Shown here piece after piece: positions 14,804 through 31,290 of a stretch of 64,000 nt of DNA (the stretch's first letter is position 1; the number at the start of each line of letters is the position of its first letter). The notes beneath the pieces are model-generated. The model was not told where the DNA came from. It ran no database searches and saw only the letters and a list, made by a program, of their open reading frames with translations. The DNA comes from the human T2T-CHM13v2.0 reference genome, Homo sapiens: the NCBI RefSeq assembly GCF_009914755.1, contig NC_060936.1. One strand, 5' to 3'. The position numbers and the translations under genes were made by a program.

Positions 14804-16439
14804 CTGTGGGCCAGCAGAGAGGCATGTGGAAAAGGGAAGAGAAAAGAGAGGTGGGAAGCGGGGGGTGGGGTGGGGGGGGGTGCGGGCAGAGATGGGGAGG
14901 GAAAGGGAAGGAACAATAAGGTTAATAATCATAGAAGAAATTTCACATGAGTAGCACGACTGCTGAGCAGGTAGGTGACCAAGCCCGGGACAGCTTGAAG
15001 ATTTAACATCTCTTTGACAAACAGGCAATCTCTCTTATCAGGGGAGACCTGCTGCACTCCCTTCCCCATTAGCCATTCAGAACTCTGCAGCTGTTGTGAG
15101 CAATCTGAGGACTCTCAGGGTCAGGGTCTGCTGTCTGATTCCAAATACAGCTTTTCCCAAAGCAGTTTTTCTGAACACACAATTCCTGGGGAGCATGATC
15201 ATAACCCTCCTTGACTGCCCACTTGAGAAGAGATTCCTGTCTGCACTGCTGCACTGCTTCTGCAGGAAGGGTCATCCAAGGTCTGGCTCAGCTGCTCCTG
15301 ATTTCACACCACAGCTCTCCTAGAGGAAATACTCATTCACAAGGATCATCTCCCTCCCAAGGGCAGAGAAGGAAAAAACACCCAAGATCATGCCTGCTTC
15401 TGGCTACTTCCTTCCACTCCATGATTGCTCCTCCAGGCTGTGACAGCAATATGAAAAATCCACCTCCACCCCCCAAGCAAACAGGAAGGATTTAGGAATA
15501 AAATATAAATAGCTTAGCTTTAGTTTTTGTCCCTTCAGTCCCCCTTCACTAGCCTCAAGCAGGAGGATTTGTTTACTAGGAACATAGAGTGTTCTAAATC
15601 AACTAGTGGGTAGTTATTATTTTTTCCTTCCCTTCTTCCCCTCCAGGCATTTTGATCACCTCATCAGTTCTCCAGTCATAGTCCCTGGTGGTAGGAGAGA
15701 TGAGAGAAGGAGAGAGGCAAGGAAGGGGGGAAAATAACATTGGTATATATTATCTTATTACATACATTGTCTCATTACAGCCTCACACAAGAATCCTATA
15801 GGGAGATATAACTTGTATTTGCAAATAAAAAAGGCTCAGATAAATTAAATCACTCATCTAGGCTTACACAGTTAATATGGCAGAGCTGAGGTTGAAATCC
15901 AGTTCTGCCTGGCATAGGTTCTCTCCACCCCACTCTAGTAGTGGAGAGGAGGTGAAGGAAGAAGTCAAGGAGAATTATCCAAGCACCTGCCACAGGCTCC
16001 TCCCTCCACATTTAGAGCATTAAGATGTGTGGGGCCATGGTATCAATATCCTCTCCTGCCACACATCTCCAGAGTTTCTTTCACAGAAGGGACTAACAGT
16101 TCAGGAGGCAGAGTACAGGAATTAGAAGACTCTCCAAAGAGGAGAATACTCTGGAGGTCTCAATAATTAGGTAAAATTATTGAGAATCCACTGTGTGACC
16201 TGGAAGAGTTGCTGCTGTAGCCTTGAAAATAAACTCTTAGCTCTACTGGCACACCTATTTTCTGTCAGACAATGGCATTCCAAATATAACTGATGGACAA
16301 GATGTTCAGTATTAGCTGCTTATACTGGTGGCTTTCATACACATTTTCTATTATCCCAATTCTCTTCATTCTTTTGGAGGAGAGTCTATCTTGGTTCAGG
16401 CATATATATTCTGGGGAAAAAAGGACAGTAAAGTGGTTA

Positions 16440-16820
<381 letters not shown>

Positions 16821-18183
16821 TTAGGCCTCCCCTAACTGGGGAAGGGCAGTGATACGGGCAGGGATAGCAGTGCTATTTTTTTAGTTACTCCACAGCTATC
16901 CTCAGCCATAGTTCTCTTCTTGAAGGGTGTAAAACTACAAAGCCAGGGAAGCTCTGAAAAACCATGAGGAAATTTATTTAAACAAAACTTAGGAATATAC
17001 CTAACCAAGGAGTTGAAAGACCTCTACATGGAAAACTACAAAACACTGCTGAAAGAAATCATAGATGATACAAACAGATGGAAACACATCTCATGCTCAT
17101 GGATGGGTAGAATCAATATTGTAAAAATGACCATACTGCCAAAAGCAATCTACAAATTCAATGCAATCCCCATCAAAATACCACCATCATTCTTCGCAGA
17201 ATTACAAAAAAAAAATTCTAAAATTCATATGGAACAAAAAAAGAGCCCCCATAGCCAAAGCAAGACTAAGCAAAAAGAACAAATCTGGAGGCAACATACT
17301 ACCTGATTTCAAAGTATACTATAAGGTTATAGTGACCAACACAGCATGGTACTGGTATAAAAATAGGCACATAGACCAATGGAACAGAATACAGAACCCA
17401 GAAATAAACCCAAATACTTACAGCCAACTGATCTTTGACAAAGCAAACAAAAACATAAAGTGGGGAAAGGACACCCTTTTCAACAAATGGTGCTGGGATA
17501 ATTGGCTAGCCACATGTAGGAGAATGAAACTGGATCTTCATCTCTCACCTTATACAAAAATCAACTCAAGATGGATTAAGGACTTAAATCTAAGACCTGA
17601 AATTAAAAATTCTAGAAGATAATATATTGGAAAAACCCTTCTAGATGTTGGCTTAGGCAACGATTTCATGACCAAGAACCCAAAACCAAATGCAATAAAA
17701 ACAAAGATAAATAGTTGGGACTTAATTAAACTAAAAAACGTTTGCATGGAAAAAAAAAAAAAAAAACAGCAGAGGAAACAGACAAACCACAAAGTGGGAG
17801 AAAATCTTCACAATCTGTACATCTGACAAAAGACTAATATCCAGAATCTACGACGAACTCAAATAAATCAGTAAGAAAAAAACAATCCCATCAAAAAGTG
17901 GGCTAAGGACATGAATAGACAATTCTCAAAAGAAGATATACAAATGGCCAACAAATATATGAAAAAATGCTCAACATCACTAATGATCAGGGAAATCCAT
18001 ATCAAAACCACAATGTGATACCACCTTACTCCTGCAAGAATGGTCATAATCAAAAAATCAAAAAACAGCAGATGTTGGCATGGATGCAGTGTCAGGGAAC
18101 ACTTCTACACTGCTGGTGGGAATGTAAAGTAGTACAGCCACTATGGAAAACAATGTGGAGATTCCTTAAAGAACTAAAAGTAG

Positions 18184-18472
18184 GGCCGGGCGCAGTGGCT
18201 CATGCCTGTAATCCCAGCACTTTGGGAGGCCAAGGCGGGCGGATCATGAGGTCAGAAGATCGAGACCATCCTGGCTAACATGGTGAAACCCCGTCTCTAC
18301 TAAAAATACAAAAAATTAGCTGGGCGTGGTGGCGGTTGCCTGTAGTCCTAGCTACTCGGGAGGCTGAGGCACGAGAATGGCATGAACCCGGAGCTTGCAG
18401 TGAGTCAAGATCGTGCCACTGCACTCCAGCCTGGGCGACAGAGTGAGACTCCATCTAAAAAAAAAAAAAAAA
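18184..18472 (+). mobile_element. Alu inserted in L1, TSD AAAGAACTAAAAGTAG
   Basis: 16-bp direct repeats at 18168-18183 and 18473-18488. Confidence 0.95.
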
Positions 18473-18853
18473 AAAGAACTAAAAGTAGAACTACCATTTG
18501 ATTCAGGAATCCCACAACTGGGTATCTACCCAGAGGAAAAAAAGTCATTATACAAAAAAGATACTTGCATGTGCATGTTTATAGCAGCACGATTCACAAT
18601 TGCAAAATCATGGAACCAACCCAAATGCCCATCAATCAATGAGTGGGTAAAGAAACTGTGGTATATACACACAATGGAATACTATGCAGCCATAAAAAGG
18701 AATGAATTAACAGCATTTGCAGTGACCTGGATGAGATTGGAGACTATTATTCTAAGTGAAGTAACTCAGGAATGGAAAACCAAACATCGCATGTTCTCAC
18801 TGATATGTGGGAGCTAAGCTATGAGGACGCAAAGGCATAAGAATGATAAAATG

Positions 18854-19148
18854 GGCCGGGCACAGCGGCTCACGCCTGTAATCCCAGCACTTTGGGAGGC
18901 CAAGGTGGGCGGATCATGAGGTCAGGAGTTTGAGACCAGCCTGACCTACATGGTGAAACCCCCATTTCTACTAAAAATACAAAAATTAGCTGGGCGTGGT
19001 GGTGCGTGCCTGTAATCCCAGCTACTCAGGAGGCTGAGGCAGGAGAACCGCTTGAACCCAGGAGGTGGAAGTTGCAGTGAGCCGAGAGTGCATCACTGCA
19101 CTCCAACCTGGGTGACAGAGCGAGACTCCATCTCAAAAGAAAAAAAAA
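18854..19148 (+). mobile_element. Alu inserted in L1, TSD AAGAATGATAAAATG
   Basis: Direct repeats at 18839-18853 and 19149-19163. Confidence 0.95.
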
Positions 19149-19671
19149 AAGAATGATAAAATGGACTTTGGAGACTTGAGGGGAAGAGTGGGAAGGGGGC
19201 AAGGGATAAAAGACTACAAATATGGTGCAGTGTATACTGCTCGGGAGATGGGTGCACCACAATCTCACAAATCACCTCTAAAGAGCTCACTCATGTAACC
19301 AAGTACTGCCTGTACTCCAATAACTTATGGAAAAATAAATAATGAACAAAAAAAAAAAAAAAAAGACTGCCCTGAGGGATGTGGCTGCCACCTACTGGCA
19401 AATTCTGGGCTTGTTCACTGGCTCTTGATGACAAAAGGGGGCCCCGAGAACTCCTTTTCAAGAAGTCTACTTCATTTTAAGTAAATTGGGCAAAAGGGAG
19501 ATCCTGGCCCTTTAATCCTCAGCCTCACCCCTGGTTTCACGAGCTTCACCGACACACAATTTGAAGGCCTGCTTGGACAGAGGAGCCCTGCCAGGAAGGG
19601 AAAGATCATAGTTTAGTCAGTACTGTTCCCAGACCTGGGGCAAGTGCCTTGTGTGACAGAGTTAAAGGTAA

Positions 19672-19993
<322 letters not shown>

Positions 19994-21387
19994 CTCAAAG
20001 TTTTTCTTCTACAGGAAAAGCTTTAGAGTAAGCACAGTGGTGTTTGTGTGTGCACATGATCACTTCTTTAATCCTAGCACTGTTATGTACCATTAGAAAC
20101 TGAACAATAATTATTCTCAGGCTCAGCAACTTTGGTCTAGGGAGCCCCCAGTGCTGAAGGCCAATCAGGGAAAAAGAAAGCAAAAGAAAGAAAGAAAATG
20201 GCAGTAGGAAGAGGAATAAAAAAATAAAGAGGAAGGGTGAAAAAGTGGAGAGGGAGAAAAAAGGAGATACATACAGTGAGATGGTGGGATAATTTTTAGC
20301 AGCTTCCATAAATGCTTCCAGGGCATCAAAACCTGGATAAATTCTTTCATTTGGAGTTAGTGATCACAATTAATCTCAAGAATGAATTTCTAAGAGAACA
20401 GGAATTGCTGCACCAAGTAGTGTTCCTTTACCCCCGAGCTATAGCACCTAACCTGGCACCACACTCCCCATAGGAGATAAGCCAATGCCAACGATCGACC
20501 AATTGACCCTCACAATCCAGTAGCAGGGACAGAACCTGAGTAGAAGATTGGGGTTTAGGGCCAGTCACTTGGACATTCTGTATAAATTTCAGTCCCAAAT
20601 GGTTCTTTTATCTCTTTATTCCTCTCCCACTCTTGCCGTCTCGTCTGTTTCTAGGTATGAGATTATAGGTGGAAGATGCAGGCAGATGGGAGACTAAGAG
20701 GGAGAAAAGGGAGCAAGACTATTAAAATACACATTTTAGGGAAAAAAAAACCTAGAAAATATTAGGACCTTGGAAAAGCAAGTCATACACATAAAAAACA
20801 CGGTAGCAGATGACAGAAGGAGAAGCATAGTTTACCCACTTACAGGTTTGAATTAAGACACAGACAGAGAAAAGTACACATACAAGGACACTATGCTTCA
20901 GTAGGGAGCAAGGTAAACTGAAGTGAACGAGACTTACTGGGGTAGATGGTGGTAGAACAAGAAAGTTAGGACTATAGAAAGAACTGACTTAGACTAAGAT
21001 AGAGGACTGCAATGACTTGCATGCAAATTACATTTAGACACAAAGTAGGATTTCCTAGATCTTCACTGTTCTTTGTTTCAGCTTCATTTCACAATATTTG
21101 AGATAGGGCAATACTGGGCCATTCTGGGGTCTTTGCACTCTAGTTTCTAGTTCATGGGGTATTAGTGTTTGGGACTTGCTTCTTACACCTAGGGAAGAAA
21201 TATATCTAAGGCCAAGCTGGACTAATAAGCAGAGGGATGAGGGAGCCTGGGAGGTAACATGAGAATGTAAACTACAGCAGAAAAGACTGCAGACACATGG
21301 GCTTTCCAGCTACCAGAGAATACTTCAGGATAAAGTATGGGGCTCTCCTCAAAAAGAGCTCTATTCGTGTGAGAAGGGAGTAAGTGA

Positions 21388-21900
<513 letters not shown>

Positions 21901-22604
21901 CAATACATTTTTTAAAAATTAAAAGAAAGAAATAAAACAGAATACTGAAGTTCTGGTTTAGAACAGGACTGATTCTTAGGCTAATGACCTTCCTGGTCTC
22001 CACAGATGCAAAACTTCACTTAAACTCTAGTTGGTACCAACATTTACCAGTCCAGCAACAGAAGGAGAAGGATACAGCCCTTTTGAGTCATGGAAAACAA
22101 AGACACATTTGGAGTCTTTGTGTTTCGTGGCATATGTATGGAAGGGGTCTTGAGTGTTATTTCTTTTTTCCGCAAACCCCAACACATAAATAGGTGTTTA
22201 TGGGTCCACATAGTTGGTCAGATGATGGTGGAAGTTATAATCTTTTCAAGTTCCAATATATAGATGTAATGGAAAAAAATGCCTTGTTAATTACACATGG
22301 ACATAGAGGGAGATGGGGTACAGTAGAAATGTGGTATGAAATAAAAGATTCTACTGACAATGTTCAGGAAGCAGAGGAAGAAATATAAAGCAAAAAACCC
22401 CCAAGCTGACTCAGTAGTTATTTGGCAAAACCTTTGCTCAAGGTTCTTCTTTCCCTACAACTAACAAATGAGAAATGGGGGAGAGAGTGGCATGTCTCCA
22501 AAAACTGATCCTTCCTGCCACCCACAGCACAAGAGACATGACGGTACATCTAAAGTTTGCTTGAATCAGAGTGGAGAGGACTCTGACACTGAGTGGTGAC
22601 TCAC

Positions 22605-22777
22605 CTGTGAGATCATGTGATTATTCAAGGGTGGCTGTTGCTGAGGCGTGGGTGGGAGAGCAGGAAGTTGCTGCTGCTGCTGCTGCTGTTGCTGCTGGGC
22701 AGTACAAGGGAGAAGCCCCCGGACAGACTGGGATGAGGTGACCTGGTTGCACACTTCTGGGGCACCTAGTGCCATAC
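22605..22777 (-). CDS. R3HDM2: R3HDM2 exon MALGAPEVCNQ...polyQ...NNHMISQ
   Basis: TTTGCCTTAG acceptor, CAG|GTGAGT donor, 173 nt, phase 1-0. Confidence 0.94.
22668..22697 (-). repeat. Coding polyQ tract (CAG)2 CAA (CAG)6 CAA
   Basis: Ten Gln codons read directly. Confidence 0.95.
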
Positions 22778-23249
22778 CTAAGGCAAAGAAGAAACCCACA
22801 AAAAGTTGTAAGCATAAGCCACGAACACATTATCCCTGGAAGCTTAGTCAGAGGGCTCTACTTTTTCTTTGCCTTTCCTCTTTATTCCCTTTTGTCCCCT
22901 CCCCCACTGTCTTTTGAAGATTCACAGATGAGCACAGATGCATTTCAGCTGCCTTGCTGATGCCAGTCCTCCTCTTTGCAGGCTTCTGCTCCCTAGGGAC
23001 AGGAACCACCTTGACTGTCAAGTTTGGTTATGAAATTGAACAAAATGTGAGGCTGCTGAAGCACCTCCCCTGAAGTGTCTGGAATCTGTCCATCAAACTT
23101 AGATAGCTGAAAATATAAATGCTTACTTCCTGGGAAGGCACAGATTTTTGGTCTCTTAAGAGATCCGTCCTTTTGCTAGAGAGAGAGAGAGATCTGTCTT
23201 CTCTTTGCTTTCTTCTCAATTTGCAACATCTCTTATAAAAGTTGCTGAG

Positions 23250-24930
<1,681 letters not shown>

Positions 24931-25706
24931 TAAAAAGAGCTGAGAATGGAGTAGAGATATCAGTTTGGGCGCCAGTGTCATAATTACATAAAAGAAAATA
25001 AAAGTGTGGATAAAGGCTGAGGCAGTGGGATTAGAAAGGAGGTAACAGAGAAGGGCAGCAGAGACCTAGGGGTCAGAGGCAAAATCTTCAGCACTACTGA
25101 TGTCTTCTGAGGATAACTACAGAACTTCTGGGATGAGATTCAAGCAACTCTTCAAAGGGAGGAGGACGATGAAATAGAGGTCTAAATGCCCTTCTGCTAA
25201 GAGAGCAGCAGAAATAGATAGAGAAGGTTTTGTAGCAGGAGAGCTGATGGGTGGTTACAGAGCTTTCATGTGGAACATAGGAGTGTCTGCTCCTTTCCAG
25301 TGACTGAGCTCCAGAGAAGCAGCCATAGCAGCATCCCTCTAAATTCTAGCCTATTAGCTGGTATCAATTAATTACAAACTACTAAACTCTAAGGATTCCC
25401 TCTGCTCTACAAAGCCTCTACAATCTCAAGAGTCATAGAATGAAAGTGGCTATCATTTTCATCTTAGTATATAACTTGAGACCTGGGCTGATATGGATGT
25501 TCCACCTTACATGAAAATCAGAGAAAATAATCTAATCACAATCAATTCTTTTTTTTTTTCCAATCAGGCAGAAGGTTTGAAAGAAAATGAGGAGGACTAA
25601 ATCCAAGCAAGGACAATGGATCCAAAATTCAAATGTCCCTTCCCCTGGCTGTATTAGGTTTCCAGGAAACTATACTGGGACAAATGTTTTATTGAAAGTA
25701 AATATG

Positions 25707-26386
<680 letters not shown>

Positions 26387-27682
26387 TCAATAACAAAGAA
26401 TGGGTAAGAATTAAAGGGAGGATGGACACTGACTTATTGTTAGTTGGCTGGCCAACTAAGAGTTGATGGGAGCAGACAGAACAAGATCCAGTACAGTAAC
26501 AAAGAACACAGAGGCAAATCTGGAAGACAGTGCACTGGCAACTAATTTAATACATCAGACCAGAGGTGGATGGGAAACCATATACATGATGCTGAGATTG
26601 GCTGTGGTCTCTTCCCCACCCTCTGAGGGTAATCCCACACATGCAAGCAATAATGGGGAACAGAGGGGTACCAGTTCCTTCTGAAAGTTCTTAAAATAAA
26701 AGGACTCCTAGAAGTTGCTATTGCTAAAAGGCAGGAGCCAATGACATGGATAAAACCCACAATGGGTCTTCCACATAACACATGTCTAAGCCAGCAGAGG
26801 TGCTGCTTATGGCCACCCTTCCAGGAGTTGCAAGAAGAGTATAGTGAACTAAAGGGGCACTAACTATGGAAAACTCAGTTTGATAGTCTAGGATTGATCC
26901 AACCTGTTTTGTGGAAATTCCATGTTACTGTCTGCGAACAATTGGTTTCAGGATCTCTAAGGGCTAAAGTCTTCAGCAAATATGCTCTTGGGACTCAGGA
27001 TGGCGAAGAGCAGGGGGGTTGACTGTGCCTAGTTGCCTTCATATTCATAATCCTATCTCCCTAAGCAAAACTATTAAGGAAAGGGGTTCTCCCTCTCTTA
27101 TTTGGCTCTGTAAACAGCAGGGTTATCTTGATGTTATAATCACTGTCTATGATTATTAACAGCTGTATGCCTCAAGATAGCCAGGTTGGCCTGAAAACCC
27201 TGTCTTGTTGAGCTCTCACTGCTTCTTAATCATTAAGCAACCAAGAACCAGCAATTTTTCTTTCATACCCCACATCCCCAACAACTAATGACCTAAGGAA
27301 ACCAAATGACAACAATTACAAAGATTTTGGTAGGTATACCGAGGAATAATTAAGCAAAAAATCATTGTAGTTTGGGCTCCCTTCTTTTTACCACCATCCC
27401 ATCAAAAGCAAATAGGAAACCCCATTCCAATCCCACTGGTTCCAAAGGCACTAGGCTCAGAGTTATTTTAATAGAGAAAGGCATTTTTCTTAAGGGCATT
27501 AATATTAAAGAAAACACCTTTCTTTATTAGAATACCTACTCCAAAGGCACTGTAGGAAAAATGGGCAAAATACATGCTAGGGTCCTTCTTTTAGGTTTTA
27601 GTCAAGCCAATCACGATGAGCTAAGAATACACTGGCACAACTGGTTAGGAACATGCTAATTCTTCTCTGCAACCCCAAGACT

Positions 27683-27693
27683 GAGAGAGAGAG

Positions 27694-27724
<31 letters not shown>
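27683..27724. repeat. (GA)n(GT)n compound microsatellite
   Basis: Read directly. Confidence 0.95.
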
Positions 27725-28849
27725 AAGCACTTAAATGCTTCTATGTAGTTAGTGAATTAAAAAATATTCCTGTTTCTCCAAAGCTTTACCCCTTTCCTTT
27801 GGAATGCCAAAAGTAGAATGGGAAACAAGAAAGAAGTATAAGTTAGGTACTCTCCAGGAACAGAACCAGACCTGAAGTGAGAGACAACAGCTACATCTCA
27901 ATGGACAAAGGCAAGTACACTAAGAGGAGTCAATAAAAATGAGTGTGTTTGTGGGGTAAGGGGATACAGCAGTGGCAATAGATGAGGCTGCTCATTAGAC
28001 ATTAGAGCTTGAATTTTGCAAGACAAGTCCTAAAGGCCTTTTCCACTGAAAAGGAAATCCTGCCATTTATTTTCTCTTGCTACTAGAGGTAGACAGTGAA
28101 CAAGGCAACTTTAAACCAAATACCTTGAAAAGCTAGGGCCAAAATGGCAGCACTTCTATACTAATCCAGTTTCCCCAAGACAGTGATGACCAAACACTCA
28201 AAATGTAGACTGCCTGATGATCTGACTAACCTGGGTTAGTACACTACTCCCCTAAGACTTGGAGAATCTAAGTTGAGTCTTGGCAGGAAAAAGATCAATT
28301 TTCCCTCTCTACAAATAAAAATAATTAGGGAATGCTACCCAGATTCAATTTTGAGCACTGGATCGGGTTGTGTGTATGTTGGAGAGATGGAGGTAAAGGA
28401 CAAAGAGCAGTCACACCTCATATTCATGTAAAATCAGAGCTGATTAGTTTTTACAAGCAGATTTAGTGCTGGTGAAAAGTCCAGCTTGTTGGGTCTGGGG
28501 AATGGGTAGAGATGCCTGTGGAAGAGGTGGCAATAAACATCAGTAAGGCCTCACTGTGGCTTATTTGTCAATGGAGCAGACTCTTCCAAAGAACTGGGGA
28601 GCTGCCATAGTTATTGTCAATGTGGATGATGGAGTTTGGTTTACAGGTATTTGTTTCACAAACATAAACTGGGCCAGAAAGGTGTAAGGCAATTAGAGAA
28701 GATCAGCTTCTAATCATTAGCGTTTTGGACTAGTATCCAAGTAGAGGAAGAAGTTATTCCCTTAAGTGCCCACGATGCTGCATTTTAGATGACCTACATC
28801 TTCAATCAAAGCTCAGTTGGAAAACCAGTAGCTTAAAAGGTCTGGTGAG

Positions 28850-29146
<297 letters not shown>

Positions 29147-30265
29147 GGTCTGGAGAGGAAAGGGCTGCACCTACTCAGTAGATCCTTCAAGCTATTATCT
29201 GCACAGTTTGATGTAGTCTGATGGTCCATAGCCCTAATAAGAGCATCATTCTAACCAGTGAATCTGGATTAGGGCTCCAAATGTAACACTACTAAGAGAG
29301 GAAGGGGTGACATCTGTAGAGAGCTGGTGTGGTGTAGCGAAGAGGACACTAAACTAAGAATCAGCTCCATTTTTGCTTCTATTAGCCATGTAAACTTGGG
29401 CTAGCCACTTAAATCTCTCTGCTTTTGTTTTCTTACATGTAATCCAGCTGACCAAATTAGGATGTTGAGAGAACTGAATCAGATAAAGTATACTCTGGTG
29501 ACTGTAAAGCACTGTGCATTAATTCACACATAGGAGTTGGTTTAAAACTCCTATTTCTTACAGTTATCCTGGGATGATCTATGACCCCAAAGTGTAGACT
29601 GTGGAACAGGAATCCTGATTTTTTGTTTTTTGTTTTTAATGCAGGGGACTCTATCTATCTCTACTACCACCAACAATGCAAGGTCCTCTCTGCCTGGGGT
29701 TTTCAGATGAACCACAGGGCAGGACAGCCTAAGAAAAAAAGACTTGAGAGAGATGGAAAATCCTCTACCCCAAGAATGGGAAATCTCACTACCCCAATTT
29801 CCACAAGGTTTGGCTAGCTTTAGAAAGGACAACAGGGAAAGGACAACTACAGTAGTAGGAGTGAGATCTCAAATCCAAGTTAGTCAGACAGTCCTTATCA
29901 AGTGTAGTAGTCAATAAGAGAGAAACCCTTTGGAAAGGGGGTTAGAGCTGAATTCTAGTGTTAAATACTCAGGTTCTCAGTATTTTCTAGTTTTTCTATT
30001 GGTAAATTGGGAAGAATATACTTAAAATGAGTTGGTAACAGAATAGACACTATTCTCTTACCACTGCCTTGTATTATCCTCTGGGGTAGGATTGAGAGAC
30101 TGAAATGAAAGGGAGGGTCTTATACCTGCTTTGTGGGGAAATGGAGGACACTGGGAACTGGGGAAGTTAATACAACAGGTTGCACCAGCATTCAGAGTAA
30201 GTAATGAACAATCGTATGAAGGACACACTTTAAGTCCATTCTAAGGCAGAGAGGTCCCTTAGGTC

Positions 30266-30553
30266 TTTTTTTTTTTTTTTTTTGAGACAGAGTCTTGCTC
30301 TGTTGCTCAGGCCGGATGGAGTGCAGTGGCGTGATCTCAGCTCACTGCAACCTCCGCCTCCTGGGTTCAAGCAATTCTCTGCCTCAGCCTCCCGAGAGGC
30401 ACCCACCACCACGCCTGGCTAATTTTTGTATTTTTAGTAGAGACAAGGTTTCACCATCTTGGCCAGGCTGGTCTTGAACTCCTGACCTCGTGATCCACCC
30501 ACCTCGGCCTCCCAATGTGCTGGGATTACAGGCGTGAGTCACCGCGCCTGGCC
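30266..30553 (-). mobile_element. Alu
   Basis: Reverse Alu consensus. Confidence 0.92.
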
Positions 30554-30628
30554 AGGTCCTTTCTGAGGTCATCTTACACATTACATTGCCTCAAGAGAAA
30601 ACTACATACATAAAGGTGTCCGTATATG

Positions 30629-30659
<31 letters not shown>

Positions 30660-30697
30660 GTATTATTTTTTCTTAAAGATATCTTTAAGAAAAAATA
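30629..30697. repeat. (TC)n(TA)n microsatellite followed by a perfect 34-bp palindrome (30664-30697)
   Basis: TATTTTTTCTTAAAGAT|ATCTTTAAGAAAAAATA. Confidence 0.95.
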
Positions 30698-31106
30698 TTC
30701 CTATGCTGGGTCAGGAATAATGTCTACACATCTTTTCCATAGATTCAGAAAAGGTTAGCCAGAAGACACCCATTCTTTTACCTTATCATAAATATGTTTG
30801 AATCTTTCAAAAATGCCCAATTCCAGCTAATTTCTGGGAGGAAGCTGTACCTATCCCAGACACACCTATTTGGTCCCCTTCACCACCTGTTTAGGACTCG
30901 AAATGAAATCAGCAACAATAAAAATAAAGTCATTGACCAGGAGCCATTTTTTTAAATGGGGAAAAATATCCAATGTTGCAAAAACCACAAATTTAATTAT
31001 TCCACAAGCAGCCATGCATGGAGCAAACCCACTCTGCTGAAAAGATTACAGCAAAACAAAATAAAATTAAAAATAAAAAGGAGAGATATAGATCACACAG
31101 AGGTAC

Positions 31107-31160
31107 CTAAAAATCTGCCTTCTCTTGTGAGAGCTAGAAGAAAAGGCTTCTTTGGAGAGT
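31107..31160 (-). CDS. R3HDM2: R3HDM2 54-nt cassette exon LSKEAFSSSSHKRRQIF(R)
   Basis: CCAACAG acceptor, weak AG|GTACCT donor, phase 2-2; 98-nt upstream intron. Confidence 0.85.
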
Positions 31161-31258
31161 CTGTTGGTTAACATCAAAGAAAAGCATCATTACAGGATTA
31201 TATTAACCTCACTGGCAAAGCTCAATGAGAAGCAGGGAACATGCTAAGTGGTACTAAC

Positions 31259-31290
31259 CTGATGTCATTTAGATATCCGTTCTGGCCAGT
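31259..31290 (-). CDS. R3HDM2: R3HDM2 32-nt exon TGQNGYLNDI(R)
   Basis: CTCCCCCTCACCTAG acceptor, AG|GTTAGT donor, phase 0-2. Confidence 0.88.

Larger units (their letters stand above)
16982..19363 (+). mobile_element. 5'-truncated LINE-1 (L1PB-like): ORF2 3' remnant plus 3'UTR and polyA, interrupted by two Alus
   Basis: Frameshifted ORF2 peptides ([15 protein letters not shown]; [16 protein letters not shown]; WNQPKCPSINEW); L1 3' end and A tail. Confidence 0.93.

Noticed and set aside
17013-18817. L1 ORF2-like ORFs
   Set aside because: Frameshifted, 5'-truncated and Alu-interrupted; not an active element or a gene
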